Source: Acidobacteriota bacterium (GTDB lineage Bacteria; Acidobacteriota; Thermoanaerobaculia; Gp7-AA8). Taken from it: a stretch of 64,000 nt of DNA. Positions 1 through 9,623 of this stretch are shown here, one piece after another. Below the pieces are notes generated by a model. It saw only the letters and a program-made list of their open reading frames with translations, was not told the origin of the DNA and did no database searches. The stretch lies in assembly GCA_019244185.1 (NCBI GenBank), contig JAFATB010000013.1, positions 96,001 to 160,000 on the forward strand. Direction: 5' to 3'. The position numbers were made by a program, and so were the translations under genes. The stretch's first letter is position 1; each line of letters begins with the position of its first letter.

Positions 1-1
1 C

Positions 2-205
2 GTGCTGCACCGGCTCATGCGCTGGCCGATGATCATCCCGTTCATCGCTGCGATCGCCGCGCCGATCGTCGACTTCCGCGGCCTCGACGACATCGTGGCC
101 GGCCCGGGCGCGACGCCGCTGTTCCTGCTGATTGCGCTGCTCATGCTCGCGGTGCGGATGTTCGAGCCGCGGCTGATGTGGAAAACCGCCGGAGAACCGA
201 TGTGA
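2..205 (+). CDS. pqiA: Paraquat-inducible protein A (PqiA), C-terminal part; 5' end lies outside the window
   Basis: Hydrophobic segment ending ...GPGATPLFLLIALLMLAVRMFEPRLMW resembles the PqiA C-terminus (FDPRLIW-type); lies directly upstream of MCE and lipoprotein genes. Confidence 0.75.
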   Translation: MLHRLMRWPMIIPFIAAIAAPIVDFRGLDDIVAGPGATPLFLLIALLMLAVRMFEPRLMWKTAGEPM

Positions 206-1962
206 GCGAATACGACGAACACGATCGCGAACGCAAACAGGAGAGCCCGCGCGAGGCGCGCGTGCGCGTGACCAAGTGGTCGCCGTGGATCTGGGTCGTC
301 CCCGCACTGGCGATCTTCTTCGTCGGCTATCTCATCGTCCGCTACGGTTTCTTCGGCGGCGGCGACATCACCGTACGCTTCGCCGACGCGCGCGGTCTCG
401 AGCGCTACAGCCCGGTGCGATTCCGCGGCGCGAAGGTCGGCACGGTGCAGAAGATCACCATCGACGACAAGTCGCAGTCGGTCACCGTGCGCGTGTCGAT
501 GGACGCGTCGATGAACTACGCGCTGCGCACCGGCACGCGCTTCTGGATCGTGGAGCCGGGACTCGAAGGCGGCGGCATCGGCACGCTGCTGTCGGGAACG
601 TACATCGGCATCGCGCCCGGCACCGGCGACGAGACGCGCGAGTTCAAAGGGCAGGAGTACGCGCCGGTCACGACGCCCGCCGAGGCGGGGAAGACGGTGA
701 TTCTCGAAGCGCATGGATTGGGATCGCTTTCGCTCGGCTCGCCCGTGCAGTTCGAAGGCATGCGCGTCGGCCGCATCCTCGGCTCGGAGCTCGATACCGC
801 GCGCGGCGTGACGCTCATTCACGCGTTCGTCGTGCAGCGTTTCGCCGATCACGTGCGGCAGAGCACGCGCTTCTATCGCGCCGGCGGCTTCGCGTTGTCG
901 CTCGGCGGCGGAGGCGTATCCGCGAACGGCCTCTCGGTCAGCTCTCTGCTCAACGCGCCGGTGTCGTTCTACACGCCGGATGTTTCGCCCGGCGCCGAAG
1001 TCGCGAACGGCACGCATTTCGATCTCTACGAAAACGAAGGCGCGGCGATCGCCGCCGCCGACGGGCCGCACCTCACGTATCTCACGTACTTTACGGGACC
1101 GGTGCAGGGACTCGCGCCCGGCACGCCGGTGCGCATGAAAGGCATTCAGGTCGGCCACGTGCGCGACGTGCGTCTGCGTTACGTCGCCTCGAGCGCGAGT
1201 CTCGAAACGCCGGTCACGCTCGAGATCGATCCGCGTCTCCTCGAGATCAACGCGCCGACGCGCGAGGAACTGCGTGCGCAGATGAACGACGCGCTCGCGC
1301 GGCTCGTGCAGAAGGGGATGCGCGCGACGCTCGCGACGAGCCTCGTGTTGCCCGGCGCGAGCGGCGTGTCGCTGGACACCGTCGCGCGTCCCGGCACGGG
1401 ACGGCTCGTGCTCGCGAACGATCCGCCGATCATTCCGGCGGCGTCGGCGGGCAACGGCCTCGAAGGCGCGCTGTCGGCGGTGAACGACGTCGCCGCGCGC
1501 ATCCGCAATCTGCCCATCGAGGAGATCGCGGGACATTTGCGTAGCACGTCCGAACGCCTCGACTCGCTCGTGCACGATCCGCTGCTCACCGACAGCCTGC
1601 AGCGGCTGAATCGTTCGCTGGCGGATGTGGAGAAGGTGACGGCGACCGCGCGTGAGAACGCGGGACCGATCGTGAAGAGCGTGCGCAACGCCGCGGGCTC
1701 CGCGGAAGTCGCGGCGAAACGCGTCGAGACCGCGACCGAGAGCGTCGCGCCGATCGTCGAGTCGCTGCGCAATGCCGCCGGCTCCGCTGAAGCGGCCGCC
1801 TCGCGCGCGCAACAACTCCTCGGCAGCGCGCCGCGTCAGAACTACGACCTCGGCGCGCTCATCAAGGAGCTCACCCGCGCCGCCGAGTCCGTGCGCGCGC
1901 TCGCGTCGTACCTCGAGGAGAATCCCGACGCGCTGCTGAAGGGAAGGGGGAAGGCGAAATGA
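202..1962 (+). CDS. pqiB: PqiB-type multi-MCE (MlaD) domain protein
   Basis: N-terminal TM (WSPWIWVVPALAIFFVGYL) and three MCE repeats (SPVRFRGAKVGTV, SPVQFEGMRVG, TPVRMKGIQVGHV); helical tail ending YLEENPDALLKG. Likely GTG start at 202 after GGAG, overlapping the pqiA stop. Confidence 0.9.
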   Translation: MSEYDEHDRERKQESPREARVRVTKWSPWIWVVPALAIFFVGYLIVRYGFFGGGDITVRFADARGLERYSPVRFRGAKVGTVQKITIDDKSQSVTVRVSMDASMNYALRTGTRFWIVEPGLEGGGIGTLLSGTYIGIAPGTGDETREFKGQEYAPVTTPAEAGKTVILEAHGLGSLSLGSPVQFEGMRVGRILGSELDTARGVTLIHAFVVQRFADHVRQSTRFYRAGGFALSLGGGGVSANGLSVSSLLNAPVSFYTPDVSPGAEVANGTHFDLYENEGAAIAAADGPHLTYLTYFTGPVQGLAPGTPVRMKGIQVGHVRDVRLRYVASSASLETPVTLEIDPRLLEINAPTREELRAQMNDALARLVQKGMRATLATSLVLPGASGVSLDTVARPGTGRLVLANDPPIIPAASAGNGLEGALSAVNDVAARIRNLPIEEIAGHLRSTSERLDSLVHDPLLTDSLQRLNRSLADVEKVTATARENAGPIVKSVRNAAGSAEVAAKRVETATESVAPIVESLRNAAGSAEAAASRAQQLLGSAPRQNYDLGALIKELTRAAESVRALASYLEENPDALLKGRGKAK

Positions 1963-2558
1963 GCCGGCGAATCGCTCTTCTGGGACTGCTGCTCGCCTTC
2001 GCGGGCTGCTCGTTTTTCTCACGCTCGAAGAGCCGCTTCTTCTCGCTCGAGCGCATTCCGCCGACGACATCGTCGGCCGCGGGTTCGACGAGCGTCACCG
2101 CGACCGCGACGCCGATGCGCGGTATCCCCATCGGCATCGACGGCATCGAGCTCCCGCCCGGCGTCGACCGCCGCGAGATCGTCGTGCAAAAAGCCGATCA
2201 CCAGCTCGAAGTCCGCAGCACCGACCAATGGTCCGCCGCATTCTCGGATGCGGTGCTGCACACGCTCGCCTTCGACCTCGCCGCCCGCATGCCCGAAGGA
2301 ATGATGATCCTCCCCGGCGAAACGATTCCCGCCGGAGCTACGCGCGGCCTCTCGATCGCGGTAGCAGAGTTCTCCGCCGGCCCCGCCAACACGATCACCC
2401 TCGACGCCCACTGGACCCTGCGTGCCCCCGGCGTCGCCGCCATCTCGCATCGCGAGCAGATCACGATCGACATCGCCTCGCTCGACAGCGCGCAAATCGC
2501 AGACGGCATGAGCCGCGCCTTGGCCGCACTCGCGGACCGGATCGCGGCGCAGGTGTAG
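1959..2558 (+). CDS. pqiC: PqiC-type ABC transport auxiliary lipoprotein
   Basis: Lipobox LAFAGC, IELPPGVDRREIV and DQWS motifs; ATGA overlap with pqiB. Confidence 0.85.
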   Translation: MSRRIALLGLLLAFAGCSFFSRSKSRFFSLERIPPTTSSAAGSTSVTATATPMRGIPIGIDGIELPPGVDRREIVVQKADHQLEVRSTDQWSAAFSDAVLHTLAFDLAARMPEGMMILPGETIPAGATRGLSIAVAEFSAGPANTITLDAHWTLRAPGVAAISHREQITIDIASLDSAQIADGMSRALAALADRIAAQV

Positions 2559-2588
2559 GGGAGTCGGAGGCCGAGGTACACTTTCTGT

Positions 2589-2753
2589 ATGGCGAAAGCG
2601 GCACGACTGCTCGACGAGGTGAAGCCCGGAGCGGGTGTTGATCGGACGTTGATCCGGGAGTTGCTGAAGCTCACGCCGACGGAGCGCGCGCATCTCGCGA
2701 TCGCGGCGGCACGAAGCGTCGCGCGGCTGAAGACCAGTGCGCGACCGCTATGA
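2589..2753 (+). CDS. 54-aa protein absent from the ORF track; putative antitoxin or partner of the nucleotidyltransferase
   Basis: Translated by hand: MAKAARLLDEVKPGAGVDRTLIRELLKLTPTERAHLAIAAARSVARLKTSARPL*. TACACT 6 nt upstream of the ATG; stop overlaps the next ATG (ATGA). Confidence 0.7.
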   Translation: MAKAARLLDEVKPGAGVDRTLIRELLKLTPTERAHLAIAAARSVARLKTSARPL

Positions 2754-3259
2754 AGCCGCGGTTCGATGCCATTGCCCTCCTCGACGTACTCGTTACGCAC
2801 CGAGTTCGCTTCATCATCATCGGAGGCTTCGCCGCGAATCTTCTCGGATCGCCGTCCGTGACCATGGACTTGGACATTTGTTACGACCGCAGTCGCGACA
2901 ATCTCGAAGCCCTGGCCGCCGCGTTGAAGGACCTGGACGCCACCTTGCGCGGTGCTCCAGCAGAGTTGCCCTTCATCATCGACGCGCGAACGCTCGCAAT
3001 GGGCGACTCGTTCACATTCAATACGCGCGAAGGGGCGCTCGACTGTCTCGGTACTCCGTCGGGCACGAACGGATACGGTGATCTGGTCCGCCATGCATTG
3101 CCGTTCGGGATCGAGGAACTGCGCGTGCTTGTCGCGTCCGTCGATGACGTGATCCGCATGAAGCGCGCAGCCAGTCGTGGCAAGGATCTCATCGAGATCG
3201 ATATTCTGACTGCCCTCAAGGAAGAGCGCGAGCGCCAGCCCCCCACCTCCGAGTTTTGA
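2750..3259 (+). CDS. Stand-alone Pol-beta-superfamily nucleotidyltransferase (AbiEii/DUF6036-like)
   Basis: IIIGGFAANLLGSPSVTMDLDI (GG...T.D.D) and C-terminal DDVIRMKRAASRGKDLIEI. Confidence 0.8.
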   Translation: MKPRFDAIALLDVLVTHRVRFIIIGGFAANLLGSPSVTMDLDICYDRSRDNLEALAAALKDLDATLRGAPAELPFIIDARTLAMGDSFTFNTREGALDCLGTPSGTNGYGDLVRHALPFGIEELRVLVASVDDVIRMKRAASRGKDLIEIDILTALKEERERQPPTSEF

Positions 3260-5628
3260 TGCTCTTCGCCGTCTACGCCGTCACCGCGGTGCTCGTGTTG
3301 TGGCTCGCGCATCGGTTCGTCGTGCGGCTCTCGCGGGGGGCGGCGGTGTTTCTGTTCCTGCTGCCGCTGGCGATCTGTGGATATCCATTGATCGCCAACC
3401 GGGCCATGGGGCCGATCGATGGGTCGTACATGGGGCCGCCGCTCGGGGTGATCCGGCAGCAGCGGGGGATCGGGGTGCCGCACAACCTCGTCACCACGGA
3501 CATCTACACGCAGATGATTCCGTGGCGGCAGGTCTTGCGCGAATCGGTGGGGCGGGGGGAATGGCCGCTCTGGAATCCGTACATTCTGTCCGGCGACATC
3601 CTCGCCGCGGCGGCGCAGCCGGCGCCGTACAGTCCGTTCACGCTGATCGCGCTCGTGCTGCCGGCGGCGATGAGCTTCACGTTCACGGCGTCGATCGCGT
3701 TCCTCGTCGCGGGGCTCGGCGCGTTCGCGTTCGCGCGCGAGCTCGGATGTCGCGAGAGCACGGCCGCGATCGGGGCGGCGGGGTGGGCGCTCGCGAATCC
3801 GATGGTGTTGTACGTCCTCTGGCCGCTCGCGTTCTGCTGGGCGCTCTTTCCGCTCGTGCTGCTCGCGGCGCGTCGGGTCGTCCTCGCGCCGGGCGTGCGC
3901 GGCGGCGCACTGCTGATGGTCATCCTGACGCTGCTGCTGCTCGGCGGGCATCCGGAAACCGTCCTGCACGCCGTCATCCTCGGCGCGGTCTACGGCGCGA
4001 TCGAGCTCGCGTTCGTGCGTCGCAACGCGTTGCGCGCGCTGGCCACCGCCGTCGTCGCCGGCGTCACGGCGCTGCTGCTCTCCGCGATCTTTCTGTTGCC
4101 CGTTTTCGAGGCGCTGCCGCAGACGGCCGAGTACTACTGGCGCAACGTGCTGCGCTCGGTCGACCGGCTCGACACGAACCTGCAGGTGCTCGTCTCGCTC
4201 GGAACCGACTTTTTCCCCTTCCTCCACATCCGCGGCTGGCATCATCCACCGGGTGGCGGACTCAAGGCGGAGACCGCGGCAGTCGGCGGCATCGCCGTCG
4301 CGCTCGCGGTGTACGCGCTGATCCGCGCGCGCTCGCGGCAGACGTGGACCCTCGGCGGCTTCGCGCTCTTCGGGCTCCTCGCGCAGGCCGCATGGCCGCC
4401 GCTCATGTGGACGCTGCACCGCGTGCCCGGCTTCGACGTCACGATCAACGAACGTCTCGGCTTCGCGGCCGCGTGCTCCCTCGCATTGCTCGCCGCGCTC
4501 GGCGCCGAACAGCTCCTCGCAACGCGCGACTTCCGCAACGCCGCGCTCGTGATGACGTGCGTGCTGCTCGTGCTCACGGCCGGCACGCTCTGGATCACGC
4601 GTTCCTTTGATATCGAACCGATCGGCCACTGGGGCGAATACCGCGTCTTCGCGGAGCTCGGCTGTCTCTCGCTCGCCGCGCTCGCCGTCATCGCGCGACC
4701 GCGCGGCGTCGCCATCGCGCTCGTCGCGTTGCTCGTCGCGCAGCGGGTGCTGAGCGAAGGCGGCGTGCACAAGTCGTTCGCGCAATCCGAGACCTTTCCG
4801 CCGATGCACATCTTCGATCCGCTGCCCCACGTCGCAGAGCCGTTCCGCGTCGTCGGCAAAGGCATCGCGCTCATCCCCGGCACGAACGCGATGTACGGAC
4901 TCGAAGACGTGCGCGGCTACGAGGCGATGACGTTCCGGCCGTACTTTCAGACGTATCCCGTCTGGTCGGTGCATCAGACCGGTTTCTTCAACCAGGTGCA
5001 CGACCTCACGCGGCCGCTGCTGTCGATGATGAACGTGCGCTTCGCCTTCGCCTCGAAATGGGATGGCATCCCGCCCGGCTGGCGGCTCCTCGGCGAACAA
5101 GGTTCCGCGACGCTGCTCGAGAACACGAACGTCATCGAGCGGGCGTTCGTCCCGGCGAACGTCAAGATCGGGCCGCTGGATGTCGACGCGACCGTGAACG
5201 AGATGGACGCATGTCCCGACTTCCGCAAGCAGGCGTGGATCACCGCGCCGGACGTGCGCACGTACGAGCGCGCGAACGGTCCCGGCCGCGTCACCGCGTT
5301 GCGGCGGCCTCGCTTCGGCGCGTACGAAGCCGACGTCGCGATGGACGGCGACGGCTGGCTCATCGTCAGCGACTCCGCGTGGCAGGGCTGGCGCGCGTAC
5401 GTCGACGGCCGGCGCGTGAAAATCCAGCGCGCGAACCTCGCGTTTCTCTCCGTCTACCTGACGAAGGGAACGCATCGCGTGCGGCTGCGCTACTGGCCGC
5501 AATCGTTCGTGCGCGGGCGCATGATCAGCCTGCTCACATTTCTCGCCGTGGCGCTCTTCGCGTTCGTTTATAGTCGCGCCCCATGGCGCGAAAAGGACTC
5601 GTCTCCGCACTTTTCCTCTCGCTCGTAA
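3256..5628 (+). CDS. YfhO-family polytopic membrane protein (GT-C-like glycosyltransferase)
   Basis: GEWPLWNPYILSG motif, many TM helices, GGHPET, C-terminal GWRAYVDG...GTHRVRLRYWP; ATG probably at 3259. Confidence 0.85.
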   Translation: MMLFAVYAVTAVLVLWLAHRFVVRLSRGAAVFLFLLPLAICGYPLIANRAMGPIDGSYMGPPLGVIRQQRGIGVPHNLVTTDIYTQMIPWRQVLRESVGRGEWPLWNPYILSGDILAAAAQPAPYSPFTLIALVLPAAMSFTFTASIAFLVAGLGAFAFARELGCRESTAAIGAAGWALANPMVLYVLWPLAFCWALFPLVLLAARRVVLAPGVRGGALLMVILTLLLLGGHPETVLHAVILGAVYGAIELAFVRRNALRALATAVVAGVTALLLSAIFLLPVFEALPQTAEYYWRNVLRSVDRLDTNLQVLVSLGTDFFPFLHIRGWHHPPGGGLKAETAAVGGIAVALAVYALIRARSRQTWTLGGFALFGLLAQAAWPPLMWTLHRVPGFDVTINERLGFAAACSLALLAALGAEQLLATRDFRNAALVMTCVLLVLTAGTLWITRSFDIEPIGHWGEYRVFAELGCLSLAALAVIARPRGVAIALVALLVAQRVLSEGGVHKSFAQSETFPPMHIFDPLPHVAEPFRVVGKGIALIPGTNAMYGLEDVRGYEAMTFRPYFQTYPVWSVHQTGFFNQVHDLTRPLLSMMNVRFAFASKWDGIPPGWRLLGEQGSATLLENTNVIERAFVPANVKIGPLDVDATVNEMDACPDFRKQAWITAPDVRTYERANGPGRVTALRRPRFGAYEADVAMDGDGWLIVSDSAWQGWRAYVDGRRVKIQRANLAFLSVYLTKGTHRVRLRYWPQSFVRGRMISLLTFLAVALFAFVYSRAPWREKDSSPHFSSRS

Positions 5629-8600
5629 CGCTCGCACTGCACGCCGCATCGGCGTTCGATCCGGCGCTCTTCAAACCGCTCGCGTGGCGCGAAGTCGGCC
5701 CGTATCGCGGCGGCCGCGCCGACGCGGTCGAAGGCATCGCCGCGCAGCCGAAGACCTACTACTTCGGCTCGACCGGCGGCGGCGTCTGGAAGACCACCGA
5801 CGGCGGCGAAACGTGGAAGAACGTCAGCGACGGATTCTTCGGCGGCTCGATCGGCGCGGTCGCGGTCTCGGAGTGGGACCCGAACGTCGTCTACGTCGGC
5901 GGCGGCGAAGTGACCGTGCGCGGCAACGTCTCGCACGGCAACGGCATGTGGAAGTCGACCGACGCCGGCAAGACGTGGACGCACATCGGACTCGAGAACG
6001 CGCGGCAGATCCCGCGCGTGCGCATCCATCCGCGCAATCCCGACATCGTCTACGCGGCGGTGCTCGGCCATCTCTTCGCGCCGAGCAAGGACCGCGGCGT
6101 CTACCGCTCGATGGACGGCGGCAAGACGTGGCAGCGCATCCTCTACGCGAATGAAAACGCCGGCGCCGTCGATCTGGTCATGGACCCGGGCAATCCGCGC
6201 GTGCTGTACGCGTCGACGTGGCGCGTGCGGCGCACGCCGTACAGCCTCGAGAGCGGCGGCGAAGGCTCGGCGCTCTGGAAGTCGACCGACGGCGGCGACA
6301 CGTGGAAGAACATCTCCCGCAACAAAGGGCTGCCGAAGAAGACGCTCGGCATCATCGGCGTCACGGTCTCGCCGTCGAATCCGCAGAACGTCTACGCGAT
6401 CGTCGAGGCGGAGGACGGCGGCGTGTTCCGCTCGCGCGATGGCGGCGACACGTGGGAGAAGACGAACGAGAGCCGCGACCTGCGCCAGCGCGCGTGGTAC
6501 TACTCGCGCATCTTCGCCGACCCGAAAGACGAGGACACGGTTTACGTCGTCAACGTCCGCTTCCACAAATCGAAAGACGGCGGCAAGACCTTCAGCTCGA
6601 TTCGCACGCCGCACGGCGACAACCACGATCTCTGGATCGCCTCGAACGATCCGCTGCGGATGATCGAGGCCAACGACGGCGGCGTGAACGTCACCACCGA
6701 CGGCGGCGTGAGCTGGACGGGGCAGGACAACCAGCCCACCGCGCAGTTCTACCGCGTCTCCACCGACAACGCTTTCCCATACCGCCTCCTCGGCGCGCAG
6801 CAGGACAACACCGCGGTGCGCATCCGCAGCCGCGGCAGCGACGGCGGCATCGGTCCGCGCGACTGGGACGTCACCGCCGGCGGCGAGTCCGGCTACATCG
6901 TCGCCAAGCCGAACGATCCCGACGTCGTGTACGGCGGCTCGTACGGCGGCCTCCTGACGATGATCAATCACCGCACCGAGGAGCTGAGGGATGTGAATCC
7001 GTGGCCGGATAACCCGATGGGTCACGGCGCCGGCGACATCGCCGAGCGCTTCCAGTGGAACTACCCGATCATCACCTCGGTCTACGATCCGAACACGCTC
7101 TACGCGGCATCGCAGCATCTCTTCCGCTCGACCAACGGCGGCTCGAGCTGGGCGCGCATCAGCGACGACCTCACGCGCAACGATCCGACGAAGATGGGTC
7201 CCTCCGGCGGCCCGATTACGAAGGACAACACGTCGGTCGAGTACTACGGAACGATCTTCGCGCTCGCCGAATCGCCGACCGAGCGCGGCGTGCTCTGGAC
7301 CGGCTCCGACGACGGCCTCGTGCACGTCTCGCGCGACGACGGCAAGACGTGGACGAACGTCACGCCGAAGGGCATGCCCGAATGGATCATGATCAACGAG
7401 ATCGAGGTCAGTCCGTTCGACAAGGGCGCCGCGTACGTCGCCGCGACGATGTACAAGTCCGACGACTTCCGGCCGTATCTCTACAAGACCACCGACTACG
7501 GCGCGACGTGGACGAAGATCGTCAACGGCATTCCGAACGATCAGTTCACGCGCGTCGTCCGCAGCGACAAGCGCCGCAAGGGTTTGCTGTACGCCGGCAC
7601 CGAAGAGGGGATGTACGTCTCGTTCGATGACGGCGCGAACTGGCAGACGCTGCAGCTCAATCTGCCGATCGTGCCGGTCACGGACCTGCTCCTGCGCGAC
7701 GACGATCTCATCGCGGCGACGCAGGGCCGCGGCTTCTGGATCCTCGACGACGTCACGCCGCTGCAGCAGCTCGCCGGCGATCTCGCGGGCAAGGACGCGT
7801 TCCTCTTCGCGCCGCGTCCGACGTGGCGCATCGGCGGCTTCGGAGGTTTCGGCCGCGCGCCGCAGGGCTACGGCACGAATCCGCCGGGCGGCGTGATCGT
7901 CAACTACTGGACTGATGCGAAGCCGGGCACGAAGGTGAAGCTCGCGTTCCTCAACGCCGACGGCTCGCTCATCCGCGAATACAACGGCGAGGTCGCGCAG
8001 CCGGTCGAGGAAGTGAAGGCGCAGCGCGCGGCCGACGAGGCGGCGAAGGAAACGCCGAAGCAGCCGCCGCAACAGCCGGCGAAGACCATCGGCGTGAAGT
8101 CCGAAGGCGGACAGAAGGAGAACGCGACGCCGGCGGCGCAGGCGTCGAACGAGCCGGAGGAAGAACATCGCGGCGGCGCGAACGCGAACAAGGACGAAGA
8201 CAAGCTCCCCGACGTGAAGCGCGGCTTCAACCGCTTCGCGTGGGATCTGCAGTATCCCGAGGCGAAAAAGTTCGAGGGGATGATCCTGTGGGGCGGCGGG
8301 ACGGACGGACCGCGCGTGATTCCGGGCAACTACACGGTGCGGCTCACCGTCGGCGATCAGGCGCCGCTCACGGCGCCGTTCGTCGTCAAACAGGATCCGC
8401 GCTCGTCGACGTCAGCCGCGGATCTCAAGGCGCAGTTCGACTTCCTCCTCGCCGCGCGCGACAAGCTCTCCGAGATCAACTCGCAGATCGAGCACATCCG
8501 CACGGTGCGCGCGCAGCTCAACGATGTGAAGAAGCGCGCCGGCTCGGACGAGAAGGCGAAGCCGATCACCGACGCCGCGAATGCGATCGACAAAAAGATG

Positions 8601-8894
8601 ACCGCGATCGAGGAAGCGCTGTACCAGACGAAGAACAAGAGTCCGCAGGATCCGCTGAACTATCCGATCCGCCTCAACGACAAGCTTGCGGCGGTCGCGG
8701 ACTCGGCTTCGCTCGGTGATTTCGCGCCCACGGCGCAGCATCGCGCCGTTTACGCACAACTCGTGCAACAGATCGACGTGCAACTCGCGCAGCTGCGCGA
8801 TATCTGGCAGAAAGATGTGCCCGCTTTCAACGACTTGGTCAAACAGTCGTCGACGCCCGCAATCCCCTTGCCGCAGGAGACGAAAACACCGTAA
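5583..8894 (+). CDS. Secreted BNR/VPS10 (sortilin-like) beta-propeller glycosyl-hydrolase-like protein
   Basis: Signal peptide, WREVGPYRGGR, many Asp-box repeats (S/T-x-D-G-G-x-T-W), C-terminal helical region. Confidence 0.9.
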   Translation: MARKGLVSALFLSLVTLALHAASAFDPALFKPLAWREVGPYRGGRADAVEGIAAQPKTYYFGSTGGGVWKTTDGGETWKNVSDGFFGGSIGAVAVSEWDPNVVYVGGGEVTVRGNVSHGNGMWKSTDAGKTWTHIGLENARQIPRVRIHPRNPDIVYAAVLGHLFAPSKDRGVYRSMDGGKTWQRILYANENAGAVDLVMDPGNPRVLYASTWRVRRTPYSLESGGEGSALWKSTDGGDTWKNISRNKGLPKKTLGIIGVTVSPSNPQNVYAIVEAEDGGVFRSRDGGDTWEKTNESRDLRQRAWYYSRIFADPKDEDTVYVVNVRFHKSKDGGKTFSSIRTPHGDNHDLWIASNDPLRMIEANDGGVNVTTDGGVSWTGQDNQPTAQFYRVSTDNAFPYRLLGAQQDNTAVRIRSRGSDGGIGPRDWDVTAGGESGYIVAKPNDPDVVYGGSYGGLLTMINHRTEELRDVNPWPDNPMGHGAGDIAERFQWNYPIITSVYDPNTLYAASQHLFRSTNGGSSWARISDDLTRNDPTKMGPSGGPITKDNTSVEYYGTIFALAESPTERGVLWTGSDDGLVHVSRDDGKTWTNVTPKGMPEWIMINEIEVSPFDKGAAYVAATMYKSDDFRPYLYKTTDYGATWTKIVNGIPNDQFTRVVRSDKRRKGLLYAGTEEGMYVSFDDGANWQTLQLNLPIVPVTDLLLRDDDLIAATQGRGFWILDDVTPLQQLAGDLAGKDAFLFAPRPTWRIGGFGGFGRAPQGYGTNPPGGVIVNYWTDAKPGTKVKLAFLNADGSLIREYNGEVAQPVEEVKAQRAADEAAKETPKQPPQQPAKTIGVKSEGGQKENATPAAQASNEPEEEHRGGANANKDEDKLPDVKRGFNRFAWDLQYPEAKKFEGMILWGGGTDGPRVIPGNYTVRLTVGDQAPLTAPFVVKQDPRSSTSAADLKAQFDFLLAARDKLSEINSQIEHIRTVRAQLNDVKKRAGSDEKAKPITDAANAIDKKMTAIEEALYQTKNKSPQDPLNYPIRLNDKLAAVADSASLGDFAPTAQHRAVYAQLVQQIDVQLAQLRDIWQKDVPAFNDLVKQSSTPAIPLPQETKTP

Positions 8895-9186
8895 GGTCAC
8901 GCTGACATGCCGTCCGCATCCGATTCGACACCAAGCCTGGAGGCCCGCGGCCTCATCCTCGAAGGCGACGAGTTCGCGCTGCTCATCGACGCGGTCGAGG
9001 ACTACGCGATCTTCCTGCTCAGTCCCGAGGGGATCATTCGCTCGTGGAACCGCGGCGCGACGCGGACGATGGGGTACCAGGCGCCGGAGGTGATCGGCCG
9101 CCACTTCTCTGTCTTCTACTCGGCCGAGGACCTCGAGAACAGGAAGCCGGACCGGGAGCTCGAAGTCGCGGGACGCACGGGACGCA

Positions 9187-9623
9187 TCGAGGACGAAGGC
9201 TGGCGCATCCGCAAGGACGGCACGCGCTTTTGGGCGAACACGATCATCACGGCGCTGCGCGAGAAAGACGGCTCGGTCCGCGCGTTCGCGAAGGTCACGC
9301 GCGATCTCAGCGAGCGCCGCGCCGCGGAAGAGCGCCTGCGGCAGAGCGAGGAGATGTTCCGCCTGCTCGTGCAGTCGGTGCAGGAATATGCGATCTTCCT
9401 GCTCGATCCCACCGGCCACATCACGACGTGGAACGCGGGCGCCCGCCGCATCAAGGGCTACGAGCCGGAAGAGATCATCGGCAAGCACTTCTCGACGTTC
9501 TACGGCGAGGAAGACTTGCGCTCCGGCAAGCCGGAGCGCGAGCTGAAGATCGCGCGCGAAGTGGGCATGGTCGAGGACGAAGGGTGGCGCATCCGCAAGG
9601 ACGGCACGCGCTTCTGGGCGAAC
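9187..9623 (+). repeat. 53-bp intragenic direct repeat (9187-9239 and 9571-9623, 2 mismatches) from the tandem PAS/PAC duplication
   Basis: TCGAGGACGAAGGCTGGCGCATCCGCAAGGACGGCACGCGCTTTTGGGCGAAC recurs 384 bp later; both copies encode EDEGWRIRKDGTRFWAN. Confidence 0.8.

Noticed and set aside
2559-3255. TCGGAGG / CCTCCGA inverted match flanking the small ORF-nucleotidyltransferase pair
   Set aside because: Only 7 bp in GC-rich DNA, with no target-site duplication or transposase; not evidence of a mobile element.
9187-9623. 53-bp direct repeat as a possible mobile or CRISPR-like repeat
   Set aside because: In frame within duplicated PAS/PAC domains; explained by protein domain duplication.
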